64,000 nt of DNA from Octopus sinensis (lineage: Eukaryota). Below the pieces are notes generated by a model that was given only the letters and a program-made list of their open reading frames with translations, had not been told where the DNA came from and did not search any database. Both the position numbers and the translations under genes were made by a program. The stretch is from positions 17,670,001 through 17,734,000 of the forward strand of contig NC_043016.1 in assembly GCF_006345805.1 (NCBI RefSeq). Direction: 5' to 3'. Of the stretch, positions 1 through 11,729 are shown piece by piece. Position 1 is the stretch's first letter. The number at the start of each line of letters is the position of its first letter.

Positions 1-123
1 TATCGAAGAGAACATTTACATGGAATTCGTTATGAATGGACAAAACCACTGTTTGAATGTATAAAGGAAGCAATCGGTATGAAAAATATTCATTTAGCGA
101 AGCATTTCTGTCTCAGATTGGAA
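1..123 (+). CDS. Possible exon 3' part (open at window edge)
   Basis: Open frame YRREHLHGIRYEWTKPLFECIKEAIGMKNIHLAKHFCLRLE followed by GAA|gtaatt donor-like site; no homology recognised. Confidence 0.2.
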
Positions 124-1359
124 GTAATTTACCTTACAAGAAAGTAAATTATTTTTATTCACGTGCTTCCTTGAAGTGGATATTACAGAGTTGGACCGTT
201 CTGCTTCCCAAATAATGAAACTTGAATGAGAGAACTACAGAGTGATTATTTGTTGGAATACTTTGCAATTTTTTTACATGAATTTTGGCGAAGTACGCAA
301 GACACGAATCTGATTGGAATAACGTAAGAGATAGGAGTTAGTGAGATAAGAGCTCGTGAGATAGGATCTATCAAGTGATACCAGGGTTAATTAGAGTAAT
401 TTCACAAAATTCACAAAAAAACCTGGTTGTAGTTTTCTATGGTTACCATGAAGTTAATTTTGAACGTTGCTTATTATAACTGTATGACTGTAGTCACAAG
501 ATTATGAGCTTGGGCTTAGAAGACAATGGTTAAACGCTGGTCAACACTGAAAATATTTTTACGTAGACAGAAACAAAATCAGGCCACAAAAACAAAGAAT
601 TACTGAAGGAGATAATTTTCAGTCAGAATTTGGTTTGGAAAGGTTTTTAAAGTAACAGATAGTAAGAAAATTAGACGTTTCGACGACACAAATATTAAAA
701 TACTGCATTTGTAACAACAAATTCGAAAAATAAATATGATATCTCCCCTATGTCAATATGTAGCAGTCAAATACTAATGTCGTTATAATCAAGTATATCT
801 CACCTATAAAATTTGTGTATTTGTACTTATATTAGAATAGATATCATAATGAAAACTATTTATGATACTATGTTGTGTTATAGTGTACGTAAATTATGTA
901 TGAAAGAGAAAAAGGTGGTGAAAACGGATCGGTTAGGTAAATGGAAGCACATGAACCTTACTGAAATGTTTCAGGTAGAACAGTGTAATTCCTAGGTGCG
1001 AAAACTATATAATATGGATTTCAGTTGAAATCAATACCTGAATGGATAATGTGTTCAGGCTAGAATTATTAGATAAAAATCTAGCGATAATCTGTACAGT
1101 TGTTTATGTGGATGACTGTGATAAATGTGGTTAAATTTAGAGTAGCTGGATTTGAAATGATGGGATTATCAAGGGAATAGCCAAGAATATATATTATTTG
1201 GTAGACAATTAAGTGATAAAAGATTGTTTATGTATGACTTGAAAATTGAGATAAATGTGTCGGGAGAATTCAATATTTATTCAGTGGAACAAAAGAAAGC
1301 GTAAGCGACATGTTGTACGGCAACCAACGACTACGTGTGAATCTATTTAAGCCGCTGGA

Positions 1360-1416
1360 GTGAGTGAGTGAGTGAGTGAGGGAGTGTGTATGTGTGCGTG
1401 TGTTGTGAGTGTGTGC

Positions 1417-1459
<43 letters not shown>

Positions 1460-1500
1460 CAGAGAAATAGAGAGGAGGAGAGGAGAAAAAGAGAGTGAGA
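1360..1500. repeat. Compound (GAGT)n/(GT)n/(GA)n microsatellite
   Basis: Seen directly. Confidence 0.95.
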
Positions 1501-2759
1501 GAAAACGTGCCGTGCTTAGAGATGTGGCGTGGAGTTTATAGTAATGGCGAAGTAATGAATAATGAAGGGAAAGGAACCAAGTGGACACTGAAAATGATAT
1601 CACTACAGTAGAGAAATAAAGTTTTGGATGTGGATCGTATTAACATTTTCAGAGTGACGTTAAACATCGAAATTTAAGCAGTAAATCCAAAGAAACTAAT
1701 TAGAATTGAAAGTCTCCGTCAGATATGTGTGGTAATACAAAGAAACAAGAAAAGCGTTGCATTCACTTGGCATGAAGTCTGAAAGAATTATTTTAAATAA
1801 TTATTACCAAAAGACGAAAATACGTTAATGGATTTTGCAGTACCTTATTAATCACAAAAACAATCATAAAATAAAATAACAGAGCCAAGTAGAATGCGCT
1901 CTTCAGAAGACTGCTTGAATTACAAATGTCACGGGAAAAAAAGGATAAACAGGTTTACTTTAAAAGGCAATTTTTTTGAAATGCTAAAAAATGTATGCAA
2001 CTTGTCACAGCAAGCCAGTAGATTCCTGAAAAGTGTGAAGACAATCCAGAAACATTGAATATAATGCTAATGTCCATATCTCGATATCGAACACCATACG
2101 AACGGCAAAAGGCATAATCAGTGTCTTCTAATGAACATTGAAGAAATGTGTCTGGTACCAAATTCTGATAAGAGCGTTACCTTCCTCACAAAATATATTT
2201 CTAAGTCTGCATTATCAGAGATTTCAATTCACCAGCAACATTGGTCCTGATCAAATTCTAGCCATGGGACTAAAGAAATTCTTTTAGTTACTAGCCGGGC
2301 TCTTTGTCGCCTATTTAATTTTGGTTCATTTTTGGCATACCTTCAAGTCAGTGGAAGACAGCTTTAGGGATATCGTTATATAAGTCGAAATCACAGATGC
2401 GATTCATGAAATTACAGACCAATAGCTACTCAGAACCACCAGGAAAATAAGGAATTCAAGATTCTATAAATGACACTTAGAAAAATCTATTAAAAAAACT
2501 ATTTAGCTTTTGTCCAAACTCTTTCCTTTTCTTTGTAGTGAAAAATCACCCGGACATACATACATATATACATACACTCGTACGTACATACATGCTTTAT
2601 CATACATGTATATATTACATATGTATATATTCATGTGTTTATGTATATATGTATATAGTTTATGCATACACACATACACATATATTTTTATAAGAGAACT
2701 GAAGAAGACTCGTGGTAGTCTGCGTTGGCAAGGCGTATATTATTTGGTAAAAGTGACAT

Positions 2760-3235
2760 AGAGTCTGAAGTGATATTGCCATGTGAAAGCGAAGTTTATG
2801 ACCTTACGGGCAGTGCCTTTCTTCAGAGCTAAGAATACAGAGGGAACAAAAAAATGCAGAAGTGATTTGCAACTACGTTTTAGTGACTGGGAGCAACTGA
2901 TAAGGAACGCAAATCAATGCGAGAATGCATACATAAAGTGGAAATATTAGGAGAGCGAAACTATGTGAAAGAGATAGAAGGAAAGATAAATAAAAAAGCT
3001 GGAAAGAAGCTTGTGGGGGTACCTTAAGAGGAAAATTAAAGTGAGAGGAAATCTAAAAACAAAGCCTTATTACAGTACATTGAGGGACGAAGGCGTGAGA
3101 GGGAAATGTTCTTTTAAACACATTGGTACCATGGTTCCAGTTCTGAATATAAAATTTTGCTCCAGTTTTTTCAATTTAATCCGGTTATGGGGCCTGGTTC
3201 AGAAGTGCAAAGGTTTTCAGGCCTGCAACTGACGC
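2760..3235 (-). mobile_element. 3' end and pLTR-like region of a Poseidon-like PLE nested in the Naiad remnant
   Basis: Minus frame KLEQNFIFRTGTMVPMCLKEHF resembles the PLE C-terminus (EQ.LIF.LGT..P.G.NE.F); decayed HHR-like CTGAAGA-A-AGGCA-C-TGCC near 2800-2830. Confidence 0.5.
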
Positions 3236-3344
3236 AGAATAGTAGCATTTGTCAGGATCACATCCATAGTTTAACTAACATATGTGATGGCGATCCATCT
3301 CAGCACAGGGACGCAGAAATGGTTGGTGTCAGGGCGTACAGAAA

Positions 3345-3444
3345 NNNNNNNNNNNNNNNNNNNNNNNNNNNNNNNNNNNNNNNNNNNNNNNNNNNNNNNN
3401 NNNNNNNNNNNNNNNNNNNNNNNNNNNNNNNNNNNNNNNNNNNN
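3345..3444. other. Assembly gap (100 N)
   Basis: Seen directly. Confidence 1.
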
Positions 3445-4485
3445 TAAATGTAAACATAACAAGCACTGAAATGATACATTTACCTGATTAAGATGTTCCA
3501 GTTACCAGCCACATTAAACATTAGCAGAAATATAGGTGAGTGCATCTCAAGTTTATCTTCAGACAAATATTTGACAGAATCAGCCCTCATTATAACAGGG
3601 CGCTAAATAGGAGTGACTTTAATAATAAACCCAACAGCGCCAAGTAAGAAGCATCATAGCCATATCGTTCAACTAACCGTATAGTTTAAATGTGCCCACA
3701 AACAGCTTTCTAAGGACACATAGATTTATCATAGATGGAGTAAATATTTTAATAAGACTACGTTTAAAGTTAGCTGCACAAGGACCCAAAACAGCTCAGC
3801 AAAATAGTTCGATATAAGATACACCAATCACTTACAAATGCAACTCCACCAACGACTCCACAGATATGTAGGGATATAATTATATGCCCCCTTAACAAGA
3901 AATGCTTCTTGAAGAAGCTGATGTGCAGAGCTAATGTACTACTGGACGATATTATGGACAAATCATTTATAGGCCTGATGGGTAATTCACTTACCGTTCA
4001 GATTACACTTCAAATACATACATTCGGCTAAATTGACAGGCGCATCTCCATGATCAAATAAATCTGATATCTGAAAGCGAATCACACTATAAAATGGGAA
4101 AAAACTTGTGAAAGAAAAGGCTTAAAAGGCTTGGCAATAATTGCAACTGGTAACAGAAAAACAAAAAATCTTAACACTGCCGGTTAACATCTGAATGTGA
4201 GGGAAATACAACTCTTGTCCGCACAAAAGGAAATGTAAATTGCAATAATCGAAATACATCCCTGTCCTAGAAGATACCATCTGCAACCCAGGTAATATCT
4301 AACGAGCTGAAGCAGTAGGATTATCAGCATGTACAAAACCCCTTCCATCCTTCATCTTTCTAATCACTTCTTACCTCCGCCACTGACTATAAACTTCATT
4401 CGTAGAGTTTGAAAACTATCACAGAGAGTACATTATTTACATTTTTTACATTTCACGGATATTTGTCGTCATCTTGTTTGTTGTT

Positions 4486-4531
4486 AACACAACGTTTCGG
4501 CTGATATACCCTCCAGCCTTCATCAGGTGTC
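4486..4531 (-). ncRNA. Minimal type I hammerhead ribozyme
   Basis: GACAC CTGATGA A GGCTG..CAGCC GAA ACGT T GTGTT: stems I and II pair; palindromic ACGT stem III. Confidence 0.8.
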
Positions 4532-4624
4532 TTGGCGAAATTTCGAACTTAGGTTCGCATTCCTAAGATATTTTTCGATGTTGTTGTTGTTATTATTATT
4601 ATTATAATTATTATTATTATTATT

Positions 4625-5174
4625 GAGTGAGCGAGCAGAGCATGCCATCAAAGTGACACTGGGGTAAAATATACGAAGCCCAATATACCCATCATGACTA
4701 CCGTCTGATAAAAGTACACCAGGCACATGCATCACAACCATATGTGCGCGACATGGTGATCTCATATCAAGATAAACAGCCACATTACCTTGCAGGTGGG
4801 GCCCAGTTAGAATTTTCTTCAGGTTGAATAGCCCATCCCGCTAAAACGGTCCCTGAATAAGGGTTGTTAAGGATGTTGAAAGAACCACCCATGTTTCCAG
4901 AGGTGAACTATTCAAACCCAAAGAATTCCTCTCAACACATGGCTATGATGCTCCCCCACTACTTCTGCTCGTGATCAGAGATGCACATATCGTCAGCCAC
5001 TAAGGGACATGCTCAACTGGTTAAGGTCAAACAACTGACAAGCAAATCTGTGGTATTGAACAGAATATTTGCTGTAGCCCATCTTATACAAGACAAAACA
5101 ATGTACATGATAACACTTCCAATCAGTTAAGATCAGAAGCCATGAGAGCCACTGCCTGGTACTGCATCAGGGCA
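4625..5174 (-). mobile_element. ~550-bp non-coding insertion within (AAT)n
   Basis: Sharp boundaries against (ATT)n on both sides; no ORF and no A/B box seen. Confidence 0.55.
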
Positions 5175-5204
5175 TTATTTTTATTATTATTATATTATTA
5201 TTAG

Positions 5205-5273
<69 letters not shown>

Positions 5274-5346
5274 TTATTCAGGTTACTGCCTTGAATCGAA
5301 CTCGGAATCTTGGGGTTAGTAGCCCGCGCTCTTAACCATTACGCCA

Positions 5347-5354
5347 TAATAATA

Positions 5355-5389
<35 letters not shown>

Positions 5390-5560
5390 TCGAAAATACC
5401 TTAGGAATGAGAATCCAGTTTCGAAATTACCCCAAGACACCTGATGAAAGCTGGAGGTTATATCAGCCGAAACGTTGTGATAACAACAAACAAGATGTAA
5501 ATAATGTAAATATTGTAAATAATGTACATAATTCCTCATCTCTTAAATATAGAACTGTAT
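5347..5560 (+). mobile_element. Second, inverted copy of the (AAT)n + HHR body; HHR at 5436-5481 with a stem II G>A mismatch
   Basis: Matches the reverse complement of 4420-4585; GACAC CTGATGA A AGCTG..CAGCC GAAACGT T GTG. Confidence 0.75.
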
Positions 5561-5727
5561 TATCACAGATAGGATCTCAGCCTTTTCTCTCTTCATGCTA
5601 TTGCCATTGCAGTCGGTATTTCAGTCACCGCAGCCACAGTTCCATTCCGTAGAAGATTCGATTTTGACGAAGCGAACATGTTTCGCTTCAAATATGATCT
5701 AGAAAAGAAAAACGTCCGTCTTCCAGT

Positions 5728-6025
5728 TGTTGTTGTTGTTTGTTCCTTTTCGAGCTATGCCTCGTTTCCCTGTTTCATTGGCGTATAGGTTCCCCACCAG
5801 GACAGGACACCGGTCCGTCACAGGTGAGCTGCTAGATGCAGGAGGAATGAGTGAGAGAAAATTGCGACGAAAGAGTCAGCAGAAGTTCGCCATTACCTTC
5901 TGCCGGAGCCGCGTGGAGCTTAGGTGTTTCAATCATAAACACACTCATCGCCCGGTCTGAGATTCGAACCCGGGATCCTTCGACCGCGAGTCCGCTACTC
6001 TAACAACTAGGACATGTGCCTCCAC
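5728..6025 (-). mobile_element. tRNA-derived SINE (family B, (AAC)n tail)
   Basis: tRNA-like head, (AAC)n tail, 12-bp TSD CCGTCTTCCAGT at 5716-5727 and 6026-6037. Confidence 0.9.
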
Positions 6026-6363
6026 CCGTCTTCCAGTAATCTCCAAATATTATTACAATTTCACTAAACTTCTAGAACAAGCAACCCGCAAAAAATATTG
6101 AAGAGGCAATTTACACTCAATATATTTTGCGCCTTGGGACTCAGAGAAGCAAACTGTATGTGCAATATCATCAGTTCTAAGAATGGTACCCATTTGTTGA
6201 AAGTGCCATCGTGAACTCCCCATCGGAACACTGGCAGTAGAAGTGACAAAATCTGATGAAGAAAACAGATGGGAGGAATAACAGAAAAAAGCAGTTGAGC
6301 CTCAGCCGAAAAATCAACATTAATCCATCAATTCCAACACTCAGTCGCACATCACTAACCCTG

Positions 6364-6624
6364 TGGAGGCGCGTGACTTAGAGGTTAGGGTGTCAGCAAC
6401 ATGATCGAAAGATTGTGGTTTCGATTTCTGGACCGGGTGACACGTTGTGTTCTTGAGCAAAACACTTCATTTCACGTTGCTCCAGTCCACTCAGCTAGCA
6501 AAAATGAGTAACGCTGCGATGGACTGGCGTCCCGTCCAGCTGGGAGACACATATGCTATTGAAACCGGGAAACCGGGCCCATGAGCCTGGCTAGGCTTTA
6601 AAAGGGCGCATTTTTTATTATTTA
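6364..6624 (+). mobile_element. tRNA-derived SINE (family D, V-SINE-like body)
   Basis: tRNA-like head; CTTGAGCAAAACACTT and GATGGACTGGCGTCCCGTCCAG resemble V-domain motifs. Confidence 0.8.
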
Positions 6625-6933
6625 GTGGAGGCACTTGACCTAGTGGTTAGAGTAGCGGACTCGCGGTCGAGGGATCGCGGGTTCGAATCTCAGACCGAGC
6701 GATGTGTGTGTTTATGAGCGAAATCACCAAAGCTCCACGCGGCTCCGGCAGAAGGTAATGGCGAACTTCTGCTGACTATTTCGCCACAACTTTCTCTCAC
6801 TCTTTCCTCCTGCATCTAGCAGCTCACCTGTGACGGACCGGTGTCCCGTCCAAGTGGGGAACCTATACGCCAAGAAACCGGGAAACCGGCCCTTATGAGC
6901 CAGGCATGGCTCAAGAAGGAACAAACAACAACA
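6625..6933 (+). mobile_element. tRNA-derived SINE (family B, (AAC)n tail)
   Basis: Homologous to 5728-6025; with the family D copy it lies inside one 15-bp TSD ACATCACTAACCCTG (6349-6363, 6934-6948). Confidence 0.9.
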
Positions 6934-8754
6934 ACATCACTAACCCTGCCACCAACTAAGTTGTGCATCAGCGGCTGTTCAGTTAGAAATCCAACACCAA
7001 ACAGCCAAAGCCAAAAGACAAATCGAGCAAAACCTTCAAAGACCTCTGAATCAACTAAACCGTTCTCCCTTGAAGAGCTTAGCATCATCATCAACATCTT
7101 TAAGATCGATAAAACTATTAAACCAGATAACATTTTCATAGAAGAGACCAAAATCTTTGAACCTCTGGCCTGGTAATGGATGAAGAAATCCATGCTGACC
7201 AAAAGCATCCCAAAGATCTGGTGGGAAACCAGGACTATTGTTCTTCTCAAGCTGGGCAAAGATCCAGCGTATATAAAGAACTTGTAGACGAAAGTGCTTT
7301 ATCCTATACTACTCATTAAATAAACTGTTTGAGAGCCTGATCATTACAAGGTTTGCCCCTACAGCTGAACTAACGCTCAATCCTCAATGAGATGAATTCT
7401 GAATTGGAAAAACTACAACAAACCAGTTTCTGAATCTTACTCAACATATTGAGGACGGGTTTCAGAAAGGTCTGGTAACAGAGGCCATCTTTGTTGATCT
7501 ATTTGTTGCATACAACTGTGAACCACACCGTCTCCGACTGATAAAGATCTTGGATTTGACAAAAGATCTGGCACTTACAGACTTCATTGGAGCCCTTATG
7601 AAAGATAAATGCTTTTGTCGTGCCGTCGGCAAAAAAATAGTGTTGCGGCGGAATGATTGCTTCCAGGTAATTTGCTGGCTCCACTACTACATAACATCTA
7701 AGCCTAACCCAGCCAGTGAACAAGAAAACTGAGTATTTCACCTACGCTGACAATCTTTTTGTAACATCCAACAGAGTGCATTTAAAGTAGGAGAATCAAA
7801 TCTAATCTGAACCCTAAAGAAACTATTCTATTTCGAAAGTAACAACCTACATTCAAAACCTTTGAAGACTCAAGTCTTCGGGAATCTTTAGCCGACCGAC
7901 CTCTTACCGTCAGGTGATCGGGAATACCACTGATGCACTATACCTACCTTGTCTACTTTGGCCTTACCGTGAATCGCTCTCTTTCCTTCAAAGTGAAAGT
8001 TGGTTCTAGAAACTGGTCAACTGGTCAACTCAAAATGTGGATCCACATTAATATTTACTGCTCTGGTCTGGTGCTATTTATTCCACTACGGAGTATGCAC
8101 ATCCTTTCTATGGGACTTGTGGGGGAACGTGTATACACCGCAACTTCATCCAGCGTTGAACAACATATGGTACCATTGGTTGCATAAAACTCACCAGAAA
8201 AAAAAACCTGCACCTCCTTGCAGAATTGCCCCTTCTTATATCAGATAAGAAGTAGCCAATTGAGTCGAGATGACTAAGTGATGAACGCCACCACATCCAT
8301 GGACGTCAACCTCTGATCAAACGACTGAAGTCAAGAAGAAGCTTCCAGAAACGTCCTCAGCCACGTTCAACATCTCGATAAGAAACTAGACTTCAGTTCT
8401 ATATGGAAAAGCTTGAGAACGCTCCTCCTCCAACTGACATAAGACTCCCAGCCACTACGGAAGGCTTCCCTCTTGGTTCAGAAATACCATGAATTTAGTA
8501 GAAGACACTTAACTGCCTAAGAACATGAACGAGAACGGGACATCAAAAGATGGTTTGGTCAAATAAGGTTACATAACCGGTTCAACGACGTGTGAATGTA
8601 GGGAAGCATACTATACTCTGAAGAATTAGTTTGTCTGCTCTCCGCTACGCAGCTCCAGCAGCACAAAAGACCTTGTAGAGTTCAATAGAAACTGCCACGT
8701 AATCAATGCGCGCACAAACATGCATACAGACACACACACACACACACATATATA

Positions 8755-9365
8755 TCTGGTCCCTCTGATTTCTTCCCCTCTCACCTATTCCTTAGTCCCT
8801 CTGCCTTTTTCAACTCTTCCCCTGCTCTACCACGTGATCGCTGTCCGGTTTATACATTGTCGTTCTTTTTCGGCGGACTGCCTTTCAGGTCAGTCGCATC
8901 TATTCTGTTCTGTCTCGCCACCCGGTCAGTTAAGATTTTTCCATTTCCTTTTTCCTTGCTCGAGTCTGATAGTCGAAAGACTCTGTTTGTTTTGATTTAT
9001 TTAATTTTATTTATTTATTTTTTGTATAGCTGAAAGGCTTTTGTCCATTGTATATGTTACGTTCATATGTTACGTTCGTCCGATAGTCGAAAGACAATTT
9101 CTGTTTATTTCCTTGTGTTTGCATATGTACATTCGTTTGCCTTGTTCAAGAGCCTAATTGCCTTAAGCTTAAGCCCTTGGCCCAACTGGTTTCTAGTAGT
9201 ATCGGAGAGGATTAGGCGAAACTACGTGGACATTCCAGACTCCGACTGAAGAAGCAATTGCCTGCGAATGATCCGTGTATCTTGTTTTGTCCTGTTCGCC
9301 GTTGATATGCTGTCGTCTTTTTCCTTCATGTTATATTTTGACGACTTCCGTTTGTTGTTTTTTAC
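8755..9365 (+). mobile_element. CT-rich pLTR-like non-coding element with a decayed HHR (~9143-9232)
   Basis: GCCTAAT/ATTAGGC stem followed by GAAACTACG; the CUGANGA core is broken. Confidence 0.35.
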
Positions 9366-9444
9366 CTGATATACACATACATACATATATTGTATATATA
9401 TAATATATATGTGTGTGTATTTTTTCCATATTTTTTTTCCATAT

Positions 9445-10560
9445 ATTTTGTTGTAACTATCTTGCACGCTTTCCAAGACTGTGATATCGGCGTCTATATT
9501 CGCTTCACAACTACAGGTAAGGTCTTAGATGTTAAACGCCTTAATGCAAAGTCAAAGGCATTCCAGGCCCTTGTTCGAGAGCTCTTTTATGCGGATGATG
9601 TAGTTCTTGTTGCTCACACCGAGAAGGACATGCAGGCTATATTGGATCTCTTCTCTAGAGCTTGTATTGCTTTTGGACTTACCACCAGTCTAAAGAAAAC
9701 AAAGACCATGTTCTCTCAGCCACCAGGCCGACCCTGTATGGAACCTAATATCTTTGTCCAGGGTACAAGATTAGATCTGGTTGACTAGTTCATCTACCTT
9801 AGCAGCACTCCCTAGAGATGACTCCCTTGATTCTGAAATAAACCTCAGAATTGAAAAAGCCAGCAAAGCATTTGGAAGGCTTGGAAATTGTGTGTGATCT
9901 GATAGAGGCATCACCTTCGAAACCAAGCTTGGTATCTATGAATCTTGCATTTTAATAGTCCTCCTGTACTCTTTTGAGACCTGGATGACATATTGGCATC
10001 ACAAAAAGGCTTTAGAAAGATTCCATCAGACTTGTCTAAGGAAGATACTAGACATCAAATGGAAGTCTTTAAAACCAGACACCATTATTCTTCAGCAAGC
10101 TAATACACCCAGTATTGAAATGATCCTCATACGTAATCAGATGCGTTGGGTTGGGCACCTTGCAAGGATACAGGATGACAGATTACCAAAGCAGTTGTTT
10201 TACGGGGAGTTGCAGTGTGGCAAACGTCCGAGACATAAACCTAAGAAACGTTTTGGGGATGCTGTCAAGAGCAACCTTAAGGCTCTTAATGTGAAAGTTG
10301 AAGACTGGAAGCAGATGACGTAAGATCGATCGGTTTGGAAACAAATGATCTACAATACATGTAAAGCGTTTCAAGCTCGAAGAATTGCACAATCTTTCTT
10401 GAAACGAGCGCTTCATAGACAGGATTTAACTAGGATCGCAGACCCTTTTCTGCTTAGAAATATTTGTAAGATCTGCAGTAGAGTTTGTTGGTCAAGAGTA
10501 GGACTTGCTAGTCATATAAGATCTCATGGCCTTCTTCTTCAAAGAAGTGGCAATCGTCAT
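9445..10560 (+). mobile_element. 5'-truncated RTE (BovB-like) LINE remnant
   Basis: ELFYADD, SLKKTK, ERFHQTCLRKIL, RLPKQLFYGEL, C2H2-like CKICSRVCWSRVGLASHIRSH; stops at 9786, ~9898, 10321. Confidence 0.9.
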
Positions 10561-10589
10561 ATATACAATATATATGCATATATGCGTGC

Positions 10590-10735
10590 GTGTGCGTGTA
10601 TGTGTGTGTGTGCATTCGCACGCGCGTGTGTGATGTGTGTGTGTGCATTCGCACGCGCGTGTGTGATGTGTGTGTGTGTGCATTCGCACGCGCGTGTGTG
10701 ATGTGTGTGTGTGCGTGTGTGTATGTGCGTGTGTG
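10590..10735. repeat. GT-derived minisatellite, about 3 units of GTGTGCATTCGCACGCGCGTGTGTGAT(GT)n
   Basis: Seen directly. Confidence 0.9.
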
Positions 10736-10814
10736 TATAAATATGGTGATGAAGAGAATATCACGGCCTGAGAAAGGTAGTACAGATTTCCTTGTTTTAT
10801 GTCATCCAATAATG

Positions 10815-10876
10815 GAAACGTTGTGTTAACAACAAACAAGATGAGGACAAATATCCGTCATATGTAAATAATGTAT
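10815..10876 (+). mobile_element. 5'-truncated fragment of the 4420-4585 HHR body
   Basis: GAAACGTTGTGTTAACAACAAACAAGATGAGGACAAATATCCGT matches the other copies; 5' core absent. Confidence 0.75.
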
Positions 10877-11665
10877 TCTTCCTATTCGAGATCGATTCTG
10901 TCTGAATATTTAATTCGCAAAGACATTGATTATAACCCCCAACTAACTTCTGACTAGCGGTAGATTTACTATTAGTAAATTAGTGCGTCGGTTTGATTAG
11001 TTGAGATGTTCCTTGTGGTTTTCGTCAATGTCTTATTTACCTATGTACATGCATCTGTGTGTTTGTGCGTATAATTTTATGTATGTATGCATATACGTAT
11101 GTATGTGTGTGTTTGCGCGCGCGTGATTATTGATAACACGTTGAAGTTTAATCATTTTTCAGTAAAGATTTTGTTCGTTCCTTTATTGAACATGGTCGTG
11201 TTTTAATATAACAGGGAATATAATATTCCGTTTTTACAAATATATATGCATGTGTATGCGTAAGTATATTTATTCGTGTGTGTGTGTGTGTGTGGTGTGT
11301 GTGTGTGTTGGGTGTGTGTGTGTGTGTGTGTGTGAGTGTGTGTGTGTGTTAAGTTTGCATCCTAGCTAAAAAGCACGGCTCTACTTGTATTCAAATCCAT
11401 CTAAAAGCTTTTTTCTACAGTTTCGCTAATGTAAAGTATAGCTCAAATCTTTGCTAGACAGTGACATCCAGCCAGAGCTTTGCAGAGCGATTGCCCTACA
11501 AAGCCCCGCTAACCTATTTCAACCGCCAACCTTAGCTTCTACACTACTTTACATACTTCTAGTATTTGGCAAAATATTTTTTCGCGAGCCTCTTCCTTCG
11601 TTAGTTCTTTCTACATTTACCTGCTATGTTTAATCTGAGATGGCTGTCAGTGTAGTTAGTATGAT

Positions 11666-11725
11666 GTACTTAACATCATGATGTTAAGCACATCATGATG
11701 TTAAGCACATCATGATGTGCTTAAC
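11666..11725. repeat. Palindromic 17-bp tandem repeat
   Basis: CTTAACATCATGATGTTAAG followed by two 17-bp iterations. Confidence 0.9.
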
Positions 11726-11729
11726 GAAC

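Larger units (their letters stand above)
1650..4260 (+). mobile_element. Degenerate Naiad-like Penelope-like element (RT, thumb, C-terminal GIY-YIG), interrupted by an insertion and an N gap
   Basis: Frameshifted motifs: RDAEMVGVRAY (~3310-3340, like DGAE.CELVG.Y); NISRNIGECISSLSS..PHYNRALNRS (~3520-3620); KYFNKTTFKVSC; CPLNKKCF; terminal SCPHKRKCKL (~4213-4242). Support is weaker before ~3250. Confidence 0.6.
4420..5346 (-). mobile_element. tRNA-headed hammerhead element: tRNA-like head (5275-5346), (AAT)n linker, HHR body (4420-4585), split by a 550-bp insertion
   Basis: Minus strand A box TGGCGTAATGG and B box GTTCGATTC, then an AAT/AAC repeat, then a body containing an HHR. Confidence 0.7.
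5565..8700 (+). mobile_element. Degenerate Vingi/Ingi-like non-LTR retrotransposon split by two SINE insertions
   Basis: Motifs VPFRRRFDFDEAN, KPNP, LTVNRSLSFKVKVGSRN, RIAPSYIR, RLKSRRSF, TCEC with many stops and frameshifts; clade name from recalled motifs. Confidence 0.7.

Noticed and set aside
1650-4260. Selenocysteine recoding, reported for some Naiad PLEs
   Set aside because: The copy is too decayed to separate TGA recoding from random stops; no SECIS identified.
5115-5170. U2 snRNA-like snippets (ATCAGTTAAGATCAGA, CCTGGTACTGCA)
   Set aside because: Short matches with the wrong spacing; no Sm site.
5275-5346. tRNA gene with ACT anticodon
   Set aside because: No acceptor stem and poor D and T stems; treated as a SINE-like head.
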